DNA of 64,000 bases from Tubiluchus corallicola. Taxonomy: Eukaryota > Animalia > Priapulida. The notes below the pieces were generated by a model. The model was not told where the DNA came from and did not search any database. It saw only the letters and a program-made list of their open reading frames with translations. The stretch is taken from assembly GCA_030141605.1 (NCBI GenBank), contig JAQGDQ010000787.1, positions 1 to 64,000 of the forward strand, written 5' to 3'. This document shows positions 52,001 to 64,000 of the stretch, one piece after another (within the stretch, counting starts at the first letter, position 1; each line of letters starts with the position of its first letter). The translations under genes and the position numbers were made by a program.

Positions 52001-55000
52001 ACTGCTGATAATTTTTCAAAGTATTTAACACATTTAGTATGCACGCTATGCTGATCTGTACAAAGTCGTCTCTAAAGTACTGTACCTTGCGCAGTTTTTT
52101 GTACTATGTAGATTTTCTAGTTTGCCATTTTATCACCATTTTTGAGTCTATTGTTATTGGCTTAAATCAAAATAACTATTAACAGATCAAAAAACTGTCA
52201 GTTTTAAAATTTTATTAATTTTAAAGGCAGAAAATATTCTCGTATCCCATGGGATACAACGTGTATGAAAGGGTTAAAAGATTCTGCTAGATGCAATCCA
52301 TAATAAAATGTGGCTGCATGATCAAGAGATACAAGTCTTACTTTCCTTACTTTTAATCTACCAGTATTCTTGGTGAACTTCTGAACTACTTCAAAAAGTG
52401 CAATACTGTGGTCATAGTTTAACAAAGGACTGCCGTTTAAAAGAAGAAAAATTAAAGACTCGGTCTCTAAATTGAGCACATTGATTGATATTATGTTATT
52501 TTGAAATATGGTGGACAAGCTGTGCACAAGTTGCTCTATACTTACATTATAATAAATGGAAATATATTATGTCAGAAGAGAATGTCCTTAGGACTGCAAA
52601 ATATGCTTATAAGATTTTTAGAATGAGGCAAAGCAAGATATATATTTAATACATGACTTGTCCATTCAGGTATATGTTAAAATTCCATATTATATATTTT
52701 CTTTTATTTGATATTCTATGTAAATGAACTGCACAGTTATTATGTGATAAATTTTCATGAAATTGACTTGTAAGCCCAAGTGGGCTGGAAACAGCTTTAA
52801 TAACATTTTACAGTATTAATTAACACATGAATTATTACATTGTTATTATCATATGTTTATGTCAATAAAGATATTCAATCATTCAATCAAAATAAAGAGG
52901 TCCCCAGAGTGGAGCCCGTTAATTACACTTAGTATTGTATGGTGCATAACATGATGATGTTCGTCCTTCGAATCAAAGACGACCATAGTAACAGGGATAA
53001 AAGGTCAGTTTGGGGGGTTGTCATTCCTTTGATGAGCTCGAAGGTGACTGACTAGGCCAATTCTGGCCTGGAAACTTCTTTGGCATTTGGCACAGGTGAG
53101 GCTGGGTATTTGGACCTGTTGTTGGGCAGTGTCACATGCCTTGCATCTCCTGAGCTTCTCCTCTGCCTCCTCAATTCTTTTCGCCTCTGCTGTCTTAGCC
53201 CCTGTGGTGATGGCACTCCATCATGCTGAGCGATCTTGTGCAAGGGTTTCCATTGAGCAGATATCCATGCTGAGCTCCTTGAGTGAGGCCTTCTGGCTGT
53301 CTTTGAAGCATTTCTTTGGTCGTCCAACCTTTCTCTTTCCAGACTCAAGTTCTCCATAGAGCATCTTCTTTGGTATGCGGTTGTCTGGCATGCGAATCAC
53401 ATGTCCTGCCCCCCAAACTTGTGTTTTGAGGAGGAGTGTATGGATGCTGGGGAGGTCAGCTCTTTTAAGTACCTCTGTGTCTGGCACCTTGTCCTGCCAC
53501 TTGATGTACAAGATTTTCCTCAGACAGCCCATGTGAGAGTGGTTAAGCTGTTTTACGTGTCTCCTATATAATGTCCAGGATTCAGAGGAGAGTGGTGATG
53601 ACGACAGCTCTATACACCTTCAATTTTGTGGGGGTTCTAATGCCTCTCCTGTCCCATACGTTGGAGCGAAGTCTTCCAAATGAAGCGCTAGCCTTGGCAA
53701 TTCTGTTGTTGATTTCTGTACCGATGTTGGCAGCTGTGGTAAGGGTGGTCCCTAGGTATGTGAAGTTGTCAACAGAGATAAGTTCTTGACCATTCACTAA
53801 AATCTTTGGCGTCTAACTGACATCGCTGTTATAATTCTCATCATTATCGGCATTATCACCATTATTATTGTCAACAGCGTTGCAATAATCTGTCATTGTC
53901 ATCACTGTTGTCATAGTCATCATCATCATCATGATTACTATATTTGTGGTCATCACCATGATCATAAGCATCATCATTATTCTTGTTACCATCATCACTA
54001 TCACCGTCATAATCATCATTTTGTAGTAGTTGTTTGCATAAATTAAACAGAAGTATGTTTTTTATGATAAATGTTACAAGCTGCTGTTTTCCACTGCAGA
54101 GGCTCTAGAAGCGGACCTTGATATAAACTCATTGCCAAAAAGTGATATGTGTGCAGACAGCGATGACGGTGAAGATGTTATGGGACTCAAGGGCAACAGA
54201 TATCGAACAGACTGCAACGGGGCCTGTCACAAAATGAAGATCCTCAGAGGTTAGTAGATCATTACTGGACTTGATAGATGTGTTCTGCGAAGGCCTTTAT
54301 TAAGGCGCGTTCAAGCTAGAGAATATCTGTTTTCTTTTTGACAGCAGACTTGCAAATGTGAACTGAATACCTTGGTGAGTTTCTCTCGACAGTTCTTGCA
54401 GTGACCAGAGAAGTGAATGTCAGCCTCGCAGCGAGCTAACTTGGTGTCATAACCCACTAGTCTGAACGTGCCTTTGATAGTAATTTGTACACACACGAGG
54501 ATTAGAAAAAAGTGATACATTTTTCGCATAAGTTTGTTCACATATTAGCTGAAAAAATACTCACATACCTTATGATATACCTTATCCTATATCTCATGTT
54601 GCCAACCTTGCGTTGCCTCACCTAATATTTCACATGTGACACCTAACATTACTTTACATGACCTCACTTCACTTCTCTTTATCTAACACTTCAGCAACTC
54701 CTCTCGCCTCACCACGCCTCACTTCACATCACCTTTCTTGTTCTCACCATACCTCACTTCACATCACCTTGCTTGTTCTCACCATGCCTCACTTCACATC
54801 ACCTTGCTTGTTCTCACCATGCTTCACTTCACATCACCTTGCTTGTTCTCACCATGCCTCACTTCACATCACCTTGCTTGTTCTCACCACGCCTCACTTC
54901 ACATCACCTTGCTTGTTCTCACCATGCCTCACTTCACATCACCTTGCTTGTTCTCACCGTACCTCACTTCACATCACCTTGCTTGTTCTCACCATGCCTC

Positions 55001-55736
55001 ACTTCACATCACCCTGCTTGTTCTCACCATGCCTCACTTCACATCACCTTGCTTGTTCTCACCATACGTCACTTCACCTCATATCATCTCTCTTCTAATA
55101 GCCTCACGTCGTATCTCCATACTTCTTGTTGTACCTAACCTCACATCAACCTGCTCGCATGTCACTTCATATCGTCTCTCCAGCCACCTCACCTCACTTC
55201 ACTTGGTTAATATTTCTCACTTTGATTCAGCACTTTTATCACCTTACATCATCTCTCCTCACTTCACTTTAGTTCCTATGTCACCTTACCTCACTTCACC
55301 TCACCTTACATCACCTCACCTCACTTCACTTCATCTCCTATATCACCTTAGTTCTTTTCACCTCACCTTACCTCAATTCACCTTACCTCACCTCACCTCA
55401 CTTCAGTTCAGTTCCCATACCACATTTCCTAACATCTTCCTTAGTCTCTGGCTTAAGTAGTGAGTAATTCTTGAGTAATTTTGAGTATTGAATAATTATT
55501 TTAGGCTCATACTCACGTCTTCTCTTTCTTTGTTTTTAGACGATATTGAATGGGTTGCACGTGGCTGTTTTAAGAATGTTCCAATCCAAGAAGATACTTG
55601 TGAAGAACAAGAGAATAGTGGCACAAAATCCTTCGTGTGCATGTGCAAGGGCAATCTCTGTAACGGGGCAGGAACAATCAGCATCTCTCTTTTTTCATTG
55701 ATTTTAGTTTTTCTGGCTCTTTTTAATTCCATGTAA
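49099..55736 (+). CDS. Gene D: GPI-anchored Ly6/uPAR (three-finger) protein, quiver/sleepless-like family, ~159 aa
   Basis: Exons 49099-49147, 51558-51641, 54100-54249, 55540-55736, all introns phase 1. Signal peptide MKLQVAGLLLSVLFTVAVA, then KKCYNC...C...CNGACHK...RGC...TC...CMCKGNLCNGA (10 Cys) and a hydrophobic C-terminal GPI signal. Confidence 0.9.
50770..51400. repeat. Degenerate (AGC/AGT/AAC)n low-complexity tract
   Basis: Direct inspection; intron 1 of gene D. Confidence 0.85.
51796..52273 (+). mobile_element. piggyBac-like MITE, copy 4 (longest)
   Basis: TTAA|CCCTTTCA...TGAAAGGG|TTAA. Confidence 0.85.
52950..53810 (-). mobile_element. 5'-truncated RTE-clade LINE (RT C-terminus) in intron 2 of gene D
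   Basis: VDNFTYLG...EINNRIAKASASFGRL...TKLKVYRAVVITTLL; CLRKILYIKWQDKV...WGAGHVIRMPDNRIPKKMLYGEL..GKRKVGRP; frameshifted; (CAT)n tail. Confidence 0.9.
54720..55410. repeat. 35-bp minisatellite (~10 copies) grading into degenerate (CCTCA)n
   Basis: ttgttctcaccatgcctcacttcacatcaccttgc; intron 3 of gene D. Confidence 0.9.
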
Positions 55737-55778
55737 AATTTTTCTAGGCATTTTAGTAAGCTAGGTGCTGCCATGGTC

Positions 55779-56076
55779 ATAACCTAAAAAAGTCAAAATT
55801 CCCATTAAGTCTTAAAAAAAATTATTTTTCTTTGAAGCTTTTCACCCTCATGGACTTCATCAGCAGAAATCAACTTGATATAGCCAAGATCTTCAAAGGT
55901 CTTATCTGTATCTTGAAAGAGATCTATTTGTATGAAGGCATTTGTAAGATTATTGAAGATCTCGGCTGTATCAAGTGAATTTCTGCTGATGAACTCCTTG
56001 AGGGAGAAAAGTTTCTCAGAAAAATAATGAATTTTTTTTGAGACTTAATGGGAATTTTGACTTTTTTTACAGTTAT
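55779..56076. repeat. Long inverted repeat (~120-bp arms) in the 3' UTR of gene D
   Basis: aaaaaagtcaaaattcccattaagtct...aagatcttcaa pairs with ttgaagatctc...agacttaatgggaattttgacttttt. Confidence 0.85.
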
Positions 56077-56364
56077 AGGCAAGCTAGTTTGATGTATGTA
56101 GTTATATTAATCAGCTTTACTAGCCTCACTGATTTAAGTTTTAAATTTTCATATTCATGTTAATGTTGATTAGTTTTTATAGATTTATAATTTACCTCAT
56201 ATAGCTCAGTTGTATGTAACCTACCTATGGCAATTTAGAATTTTAGAAAGAATTTGATTAGTTTTTATGAGAGCTATTTTAAGTTATATAATATGTTATT
56301 ATGTGCATGCCGCTAAGAGTTTGTTTTCAAATTTGATGTCATGCAGGAAATTTTTTGTTTGAGA

Positions 56365-56552
56365 TCACATTTGAAATTTGTACGGCGTCATGTTTGAGGT
56401 TTGTATGACGTCATGTTTGAAATTTGTATGTCGTCATGTTCGAAGCTTGTATGTCGTCATGTTCAAAATGTGTATGACGTCATGTTCGAAATTTGTATGT
56501 CGTCATACTTAAAATGTGTATGACGTCATGTTCGAAATGTTTGTATGACGTG
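56365..56552. repeat. ~23-bp minisatellite with TGACGTCA/TGTCGTCA
   Basis: Unit tgtttgaaatttgtatgacgtca, about 8 copies. Confidence 0.8.
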
Positions 56553-59500
56553 TGCTGGAAGGCAGGGGCATCACAAGGCCAAGGGGTTGCTAATGTAAAC
56601 TAATAGATATTTATTAACTGACTCTTAACACTGGAGTCTCTAGATTTACTTTTAAAAGTAAAATTAAAGTTACTTTACCACAGACGTTTGAGCGGCAATT
56701 GTCATCGTATTGTAGTGACCTTTATTTCGTAAGATTTGTTGTGTGGATCCATTTTTCACAATGTTCAAGTATACATTTGAGTTATCGATAATTGTGTAAA
56801 CTAAATCTTTTATTTTCTTCATAAAATATAACAAATACATAAAACTGGTAAACTCGGGCATTATTTTTGTTTGTATCTCGTTAGTGAATCTTCTTTTTTA
56901 AAGGCTGTACGCATAGCGTACGGAACGTACAGAATATAAATATACTGTATATATATATTTTTTTTAATATATACGTACAGAACGTGTGGGGCTACTGTTC
57001 AGAAAGAACAACTACTGTAGTATCATATTGTATGATGCAGTCAATAATGCAGGTTTTGCAAAATGCTGATTATCGTATTGAGGGGGGGGGGGTTTAAATA
57101 TGATCGTATTTTCTACACTACATCGTGATTTTGCCCTAATTCCAAAATTATTACGATATTGCAAGCAAATTAATATTATTTTATAGATGTACTTAATATA
57201 AGTAACTATAATGACAGAAGGTGGAATTGTGTAAAATAAAATTTATCAAAACACAACAAATGGTCGTTGTGTAGACTCAAGCCTTATTTTCGTCATCTTG
57301 AGGATTGTTTTTTCAAAATTACTCACCTTCTTCATGGAACTATGACCAGCATGCTTCAGACTACAGTGAAATCAACGTTCATTTACTTTTTTTAGTTTAT
57401 TATTATCACATTCAGTACAATATAATGACATTAAGCACACAGTGACATCAAAATTATTACATCTACTGTATTAAGTTATTATGTTTCGTACACTAACGTT
57501 ATCATAAAAGAATAATTGTACTGCAGTGGGCTAGAGAAGCAACAGACACAGTGACATCATAATTATTACATCATACTGTATTAAATTATTATGTTTCGTA
57601 CACTATCGTTATCATAAAAGAATAATTGTACTGCAGTGGGCTAGAGAAGCAAAGGCTTGTATAAGCCCACTGTCATGTGAACCCGATAAAAAATGATGGA
57701 TGAGTGAACAAAAAAAGAACTGGGAGAAAGGTTAGATCACACAGGAAGGGTAGAAGCATGTGTTAGTGGAAATGGTAGGAAGAAAGATAATAGATTGCGC
57801 TATGTTGACATCAGCTCTAAAGATTTATCAATCATGAACACTTCCTAAGAGTTACCAGGTTGGATTTTATTTCGTATCTAAATTATTGTAAAATTACCGA
57901 CTACCGTATAGTCTGGTTTTGTACGGTATGAAGGTTCGAATTAGCGTATTTTCCGATGATTGTCCTATAAACGTTAACCCTAGATGCACTTCAATCGCAT
58001 CACGCAACTTCTGGGAATCACAGTTCAATCTCATGACGTCACGTAACTTCCGGAAATGTTGACTGACGAAAAATGATCACGGGCCTATCTATTTAATGTC
58101 TAATTTTGGTGTCCACTGGTCTAGAATCATTTTCGCTGCTTGATTTTGCTGTGCAAAATCCTTTTAAGATTCTTATGACAATTGATGCTTGGTTAGTTAG
58201 TGAGTTAGTCATAGAATTAATAATTCAATTTGGCAGTCAGTTAATTAAAAAGTCTCAGTGAGTGGGTCAGTCAGTCAGTCAGTCAACAGCTCGCCAAGTA
58301 CTCATCTATGTTACATGTTATATAACCAGCCGTGACGGTCAGTCAGTTAATCGGGGAATCATTTAATGTGCAAACAATGTCAGTTAATCAGCTTTGCGAC
58401 TAGCGAGTTACTCAACCGTGACGAATAAATTCTAAGTGAATTGAATGGCATACAGCTAGTGAGCGTACATTAGGTGAGAATTCATATTATATTGCTGTTC
58501 CTAATGTCATTTAAGCCGTGTTTACCTGGCATCCGGATTGCGTTACTATGTATCCAGCTGCGTACAAAAAAAAACTAATGGGGATAGCTGCAGAAGAAGA
58601 AGCTGTGGGCAAGGAAATAGGGGGGAGAGCTGTTACCGAATTAAGTTTGCTCATAATTATTAAGCCTGTTAGCTTTTACAATCAAAGAATCAAACAACAC
58701 AATCTTTAATAAGTCACGAGGAATTATATTATAATAACTATACTAGCAGGTACAATCACAGAGTCAGACAACGTAATTATTATCAATACTAAAATACCAC
58801 TATACTAAAACACAGCGGAACAATTAGCCTAGCTAGCCCACAGGTCTAAATGTTCAAGGTAGACCTGTCTTACACAGCTTAAACACAGAAAACTAGAACA
58901 TTATTAATGTAAAAGGTCATTCAGAAGCAAATAAGTACAGTAAGATTAGAGGGAAATTTAAGCTATTTCAATGTTATAACAAGCCTAAAAAGGAGGGAAT
59001 GAGATGAAAAAAATTATGAAAAAGAGATGAGCAAGAAGACAAACAATGTAATATTCACAAGTCAAGTTAATCAAACGCAAAGTAATTATGAGACGAACTT
59101 CGCGACAGGAGACGTAGGTCTGCTAACAGGTTCGTTGAAAACAATACCAAGCGATTTTTACCCAATAACGCATTTTGATTATCAGGTAAAAACCGCTTAA
59201 ATCAACCAACCAGCGAATTACTTTGCTAACTCATGCCTCTCTTAATTAAACAATCAGTCAGCACATATATACATTTATTTTTTATTTATTTTTTATTATT
59301 ATCACATTCAGTACAATATAATGAATGATTATTAAGCACACAGTGACATCAAAATTATTACATCTACTGTATTAAATTCTTATGTTTCATACACTATCGT
59401 TATCATAAAAGAATAATTGTACATACATATATATATATATACCCACATTCAGGGAAAGTTCTTGAAAATAGAAGCTATACAGCCTATACTGGAAAGTCAT

Positions 59501-60834
59501 TATCAAAATAATTTATATTAAATATTGTACAGATGAACTAACTTAAGATTGCAATTGTGTAAAATGTAATATTTACCGTTTTGCGAAGGGTACCTTGCCC
59601 TAATACATTTATTATTGTATTAATTATTTATATATCACTTTGTTAATATTCATTAAGTAACTGACGCAACAATTTTGTTAAGCAAAATGTTCTGTCTTAA
59701 AGTCAAATTATAATCGTTTTTACAGAATAACAATTATATTAACAATTGCCCAATGTGATGTTTGTTTGGTTCATTTTTGTTTATTTTTGATAAATCTGTA
59801 AGAAGAAATCAAAACTATTTAATACATAAAACAATGGAAAAGGATAATTTGATAAAAAGTCATGGAAATGATGATTTGATAAAAAATCAGGAAAAATGAT
59901 GAAAGCGTGGTAAAAAATCGGGGAAGTTGGAAATTGTTGCAAAAATCACCGGGAATTGATATTTTCCAAACATATTTTTCAGCAATTCGTGTTCAAATGA
60001 AATTTTGCTATGGCAGGCTCCTAGTTTCGATTTCTGTTTCAAAAATAATGATTGGATTAAGAAAGTTTATTTAATGTGATTAGTGTAATTTCTTTAGCAC
60101 TACTGCAACTGTGTCGACACATTATATATCAGTATATGTATGAATGTCCATACACAGAAATGTTTGAATATGTATACTGATAATGCAATTTCTGCTTATC
60201 TTGGTCATGGAAAATCAATATTTGGTCAGGGAAAAGTCATGGAAAGGCAGGGAAAATTATTTTAAAATTCTATGGGAACCTTGTATATACTTTATTGGCT
60301 ATAAAATAGATTAGAATAAAGTCACAGTCCTCAGTGTTAAAAATATTTTTAACACTAAAACACTGATAAAGGCAAATGCATATGGAGCAAAACTATAAAT
60401 GTAAATTACTCAGCGCATAACAATTAAAACTAAAAGCAATTACATACATAGATACAATACATAGATACAATACATAGATACATAGGCACCGTACGATTAG
60501 TAAAGGCGATTACAATATTTCCCCTTGATGTATAGCTATAATACAAAAAGTAATATACGTAATAAATGCAAGACAAAATTTTCTTCCATTATCACAGTAC
60601 AACAAATATTACTTGTACTGATTGCCGTTTAATTTACTAATTATGAATTGCGAAATTATAATTATTCACTTTCGGTTATTGGGGACGTGGATATACAAAA
60701 TTTGAATAAAGAAGTTAACGTCATTTACATGAGTTGGTATTTGAAATCTACTTAGTTGGTATTGTTTTAATTTCTTTTTAATTGTAGTTAATGATTCTGA
60801 TTGTTTGATAATAGACTGGCAGCAGACATTAATA

Positions 60835-61104
60835 ATAATAATAATATAACAATAATAATAATAATATTTATTTAAAGTCGGCTTTTGGGTGAACAATTAA
60901 CATTAGCTCAAAGAGCTATTATCGCCGACTGTAGATAACAACCTACAACTACATAACACAGATTATTATAACCCCACTTTTACCCTAAATACCACGCATC
61001 AGGCAGGGCTAAGCAGGTACCATTTTTAAAGTCACGAGTGGTTCGAACTCACGACCTCCCAGACGGAAAGCAGACGCATTACCACTAGACTAAACCGTCT
61101 GGTC
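60835..61104 (-). mobile_element. tRNA-derived SINE
   Basis: Minus-strand A box TAGTCTAGTGG and B box GAGTTCGAACC, body aaaaatggtacctgct, (TAT)n tail. Confidence 0.7.
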
Positions 61105-61679
61105 TAATTAAGTCAACCGGTCAGCTAATCGCGTCCATCATTCTGCTCAAATACAAAGTCAATCGATGAGTTGGAAAGTGAAGAAAACTGGTAATGAGTC
61201 AATCAGTCATTCAATCAGTTTATGAGTTACGTGCTTTTCAGATTCAACGTATAGTCAAGATTATTTATTATACGGTCCCCAATTATAATACCAGCCTCGC
61301 CAAATGCAAGCCTCTTCTGAATTTCCGTCTAGCTTTAATTACTTAAGAGTGCAGTTGGGTAATCTGCTGTCTCAAATTTCCATTACTGCATTACAGACAG
61401 AGAGGCAAACTGAATAATCGAGTAGTCACAGCGTGTGTCTAACTGAATTAAAACCGGTCCTACATCGTGGAATTTTACTGTTTTTATGAGCAAAGCCCTG
61501 AGGCATTTTTATGGATGTGAAGGCTAATAAATTAACATCATGTTATAGTATAAAGATGACTCAGGACAATAGATTATTGTTGAAGCCTTATGATTGCCTA
61601 CCTCTGCTAATGCCGTTGTCATTATTGCCATATTCGCTATCGCTGCTGTCGCCATGTCATTATCATAAACATGGACTCC

Positions 61680-61841
61680 GTTATCATCATCATCATCATC
61701 ATCGTCGTCGTCGTCGTCGTCGTCGTCATCAACGCTGTTATAATTGTCATCATTACCGTCATTATCACCATTATTACTGTAAACATCATTGCCGTAATCC
61801 GTCATTGTCATCATTGTCGTCATTATTGTCATCATCATCAT

Positions 61842-61876
<35 letters not shown>

Positions 61877-62155
61877 TCATAATTATGCTCATCCTCATCA
61901 TCCATCATCATCGCTGCTATAATTGTCATCATCAGTGTCATTATCACAGTTATTATCCATTATTATTGTCAACATCATTACTATAATCCGTCATTGTCAT
62001 CATTGTCGTCATTATTGTCATCATCATCATCGTCGTCATCATAATTACGATCATCATCATCATCACCATCCATCATCATCACTGTTATAATGGCCATCAT
62101 TGTCATTATCACCATTATTATTGTCAACATCATTACAATAAGCCGTCATTGTCAA
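61680..62155. repeat. Degenerate (CAT/CGT/CAG)n tract with ~190-bp higher-order repetition
   Basis: Direct inspection. Confidence 0.85.
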
Positions 62156-62374
62156 CTTATGAGAAGTCACGAAGTCCACCAGTTACGTCATAATTTTCAA
62201 GCGAATTGCTGCTTTCATCGTACTTTAAATTTCCATACAGTTGTAGTTTATATTAATTTTATGCCTTGTAGGCAGTTTTTTTCCAAATTTTAACAGCAAA
62301 TAAACACAACACGCTGTATGCCATGTCCTATTAAAATGTCGTCCGCAGCGAGACTGCAGCAAAGAAAAGATTCA

Positions 62375-62720
62375 GATGGGCCTCAATGTTTGGGCTTCTG
62401 ATATATGGGCCACATGTTTGGCTCCCGAATATTGGGCCCCAGACATTTGGACTCTAAATAATTGGAGCCAAGATGTTTAAGCTCGAATATTTTGGGCCTC
62501 AGATATTTAGATCTTAGATATTAATTCGGGCCCAGATATTTGAGCCCCAAATAATTTATACCCTGGACATTTGGGTCTTCAGGTATTCTGGGCCAAATTG
62601 TTTGGAGCCGAATGCCCCGGTGCCCAATTGTCGATCCCAAATATCACAGGTCTAAATATCTATAGAGCCCAAATAACTAAACGTGGTGCCCAACCACCAG
62701 ATGCCCAAACACTAGGGCCC
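62375..62720. repeat. Degenerate ~19-bp repeat array (gggcccagatatttgg-like), probably a transposon subterminal region
   Basis: Recurrent gggcc/ccca...atatt motifs. Confidence 0.55.
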
Positions 62721-64000
62721 GAGAGTACTAAAATCATTTGAATCTTTTATTTCCTACGCTGTCGTTGCGAAAGCAAATTTTATATGCAGCTCGTGTTACA
62801 GCGGGTTTGACTTTTTTATAATATTCATTTCTCTTTTATTTGTTTATTAATTTATTTATTCAAGTCAGTGTAGTTTAAGCCGAATTCTTTGGTTTCAGCT
62901 AACTGTGTAAATGTTATTGAGCTTTCTAGCCTGCGATTGTAAAATGCCTGCAGTAATTTGATAATTGTTAGTCTGCTGCGCTGGAAACAGCTACAAAACT
63001 CACAAAAACGAACGCCAAACAAGATAAAAAAAAGATAGGCGTTAACAGCCATCACTGCTTGCTTACACAGTTCAAGGCCAAAGGGAAATCGATGAAACTA
63101 TCAGTAGCGGCTTCATAACTGGTTCTGGCAGCCAGTAAAGACGGCCTGGATTTTTTATTCTCACTTGCTGAGCAACCTATAAAGAGGATCTGCTGCACAG
63201 TTATCCCTTCTTGTTGCTGTTCTTCTATTCGCGGTATCGTGAGCTCGTTGGTTATCGTTTCCTTGAAGGAAATTTGACCGTTTTCGTCGATGAAAACCCA
63301 TCTTACTTGCAAAATTCCTTTGAAAATACTTCTCATTAATGCTCCAGCAACAAAAGAATGCCACTAATAATTATTATTATAATTTTTATTATAATATCTT
63401 CGGCAAACATTTTGCATTTATAGCAAGGCGACACAACAGACCAAAATCTGTTTGCATCATTAATACAATCGTAATGATTATAGCAATATTTTTAAGGCTT
63501 AATTACCTATCATGTTGTCTAGCTGAAGCCTAGAGACCCTGCGTTAAAGAAAAACCGGATGATTGTGTAAACATCAGCCCAGAATAAAGAATGCTCTCAA
63601 ATATTGAAAACTACAATTATTATTTTTACAATAATAATCAAAGATTAGATTAAATAATAATTACCTCAGATACTCAAATTTCGTTCAGTGGATCTACTAA
63701 GATTGGCAGCGGCGCCTTCTTGTCACATTCGCGTGGCCGACAAATAGAAGGCGGTACCGTGATAAGCATGATCATGAACTGCAGTGTTGGTTTCTGACGT
63801 TATATGATGTAGAGCCCATTTTTCGTGACATCATGCGTTTAAACAGTACTGTAACACTTATGCAAACGTGCTCGACGCGCAAGCGAAGACGCCTGCCATT
63901 GCACAAACTGTGGTTAGTTTCTGACGTAAGCAATAGCTGCGTTCGGTTGCCGTTAATTAACTTTCTAAGCTAATTATTCAAATATAAGGAACAATTGTTA

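Noticed and set aside
54658-55460. His/Cys/Ser-rich ORFs in three frames
   Set aside because: Products of a 35-bp intronic minisatellite.
57380-59425. Three copies of a ~110-150-bp AT-rich segment
   Set aside because: Looks like retroelement 3' tail fragments with local duplication; no independent function evident.
63052-63364. 94-aa and 67-aa minus-strand ORFs
   Set aside because: No recognisable domain or convincing splice sites; could belong to something beyond the window.

Overview
AT-rich, intron-containing animal (invertebrate-like) genomic DNA, so the ORF track misses most real genes. Reading splice signals by hand gives four spliced genes for secreted or cell-surface proteins. (A) The 3' part of a (CUB-Ig)n-CUB gene (+, 604-5056), with a 1-nt frameshift. 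(B) A complete paralogue, signal peptide-CUB-Ig-CUB-Ig-CUB (+, 8844-17083). (C) A small 3-coding-exon gene (-, 18743-20235) absent from the ORF track; it encodes an 83-aa prepro-peptide with a cationic 8-cysteine CS-alpha-beta defensin-like C-terminus. (D) A GPI-anchored Ly6/uPAR three-finger protein (+, 49099-55736). Between them lie a Gmr1-like Ty3/gypsy LTR element reduced to an intact Gag(SCAN-like)-protease ORF, a 5S-rRNA-headed SINE, non-autonomous RTE elements, LINE fragments, piggyBac-, hAT- and P-like MITEs, solo LTRs (one with heat-shock elements), and many satellites and microsatellites. The defensin-like gene and the apparently immune-type CUB-Ig cluster are the most interesting signals. 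All gene models are predictions from sequence only, with no transcript or database support.
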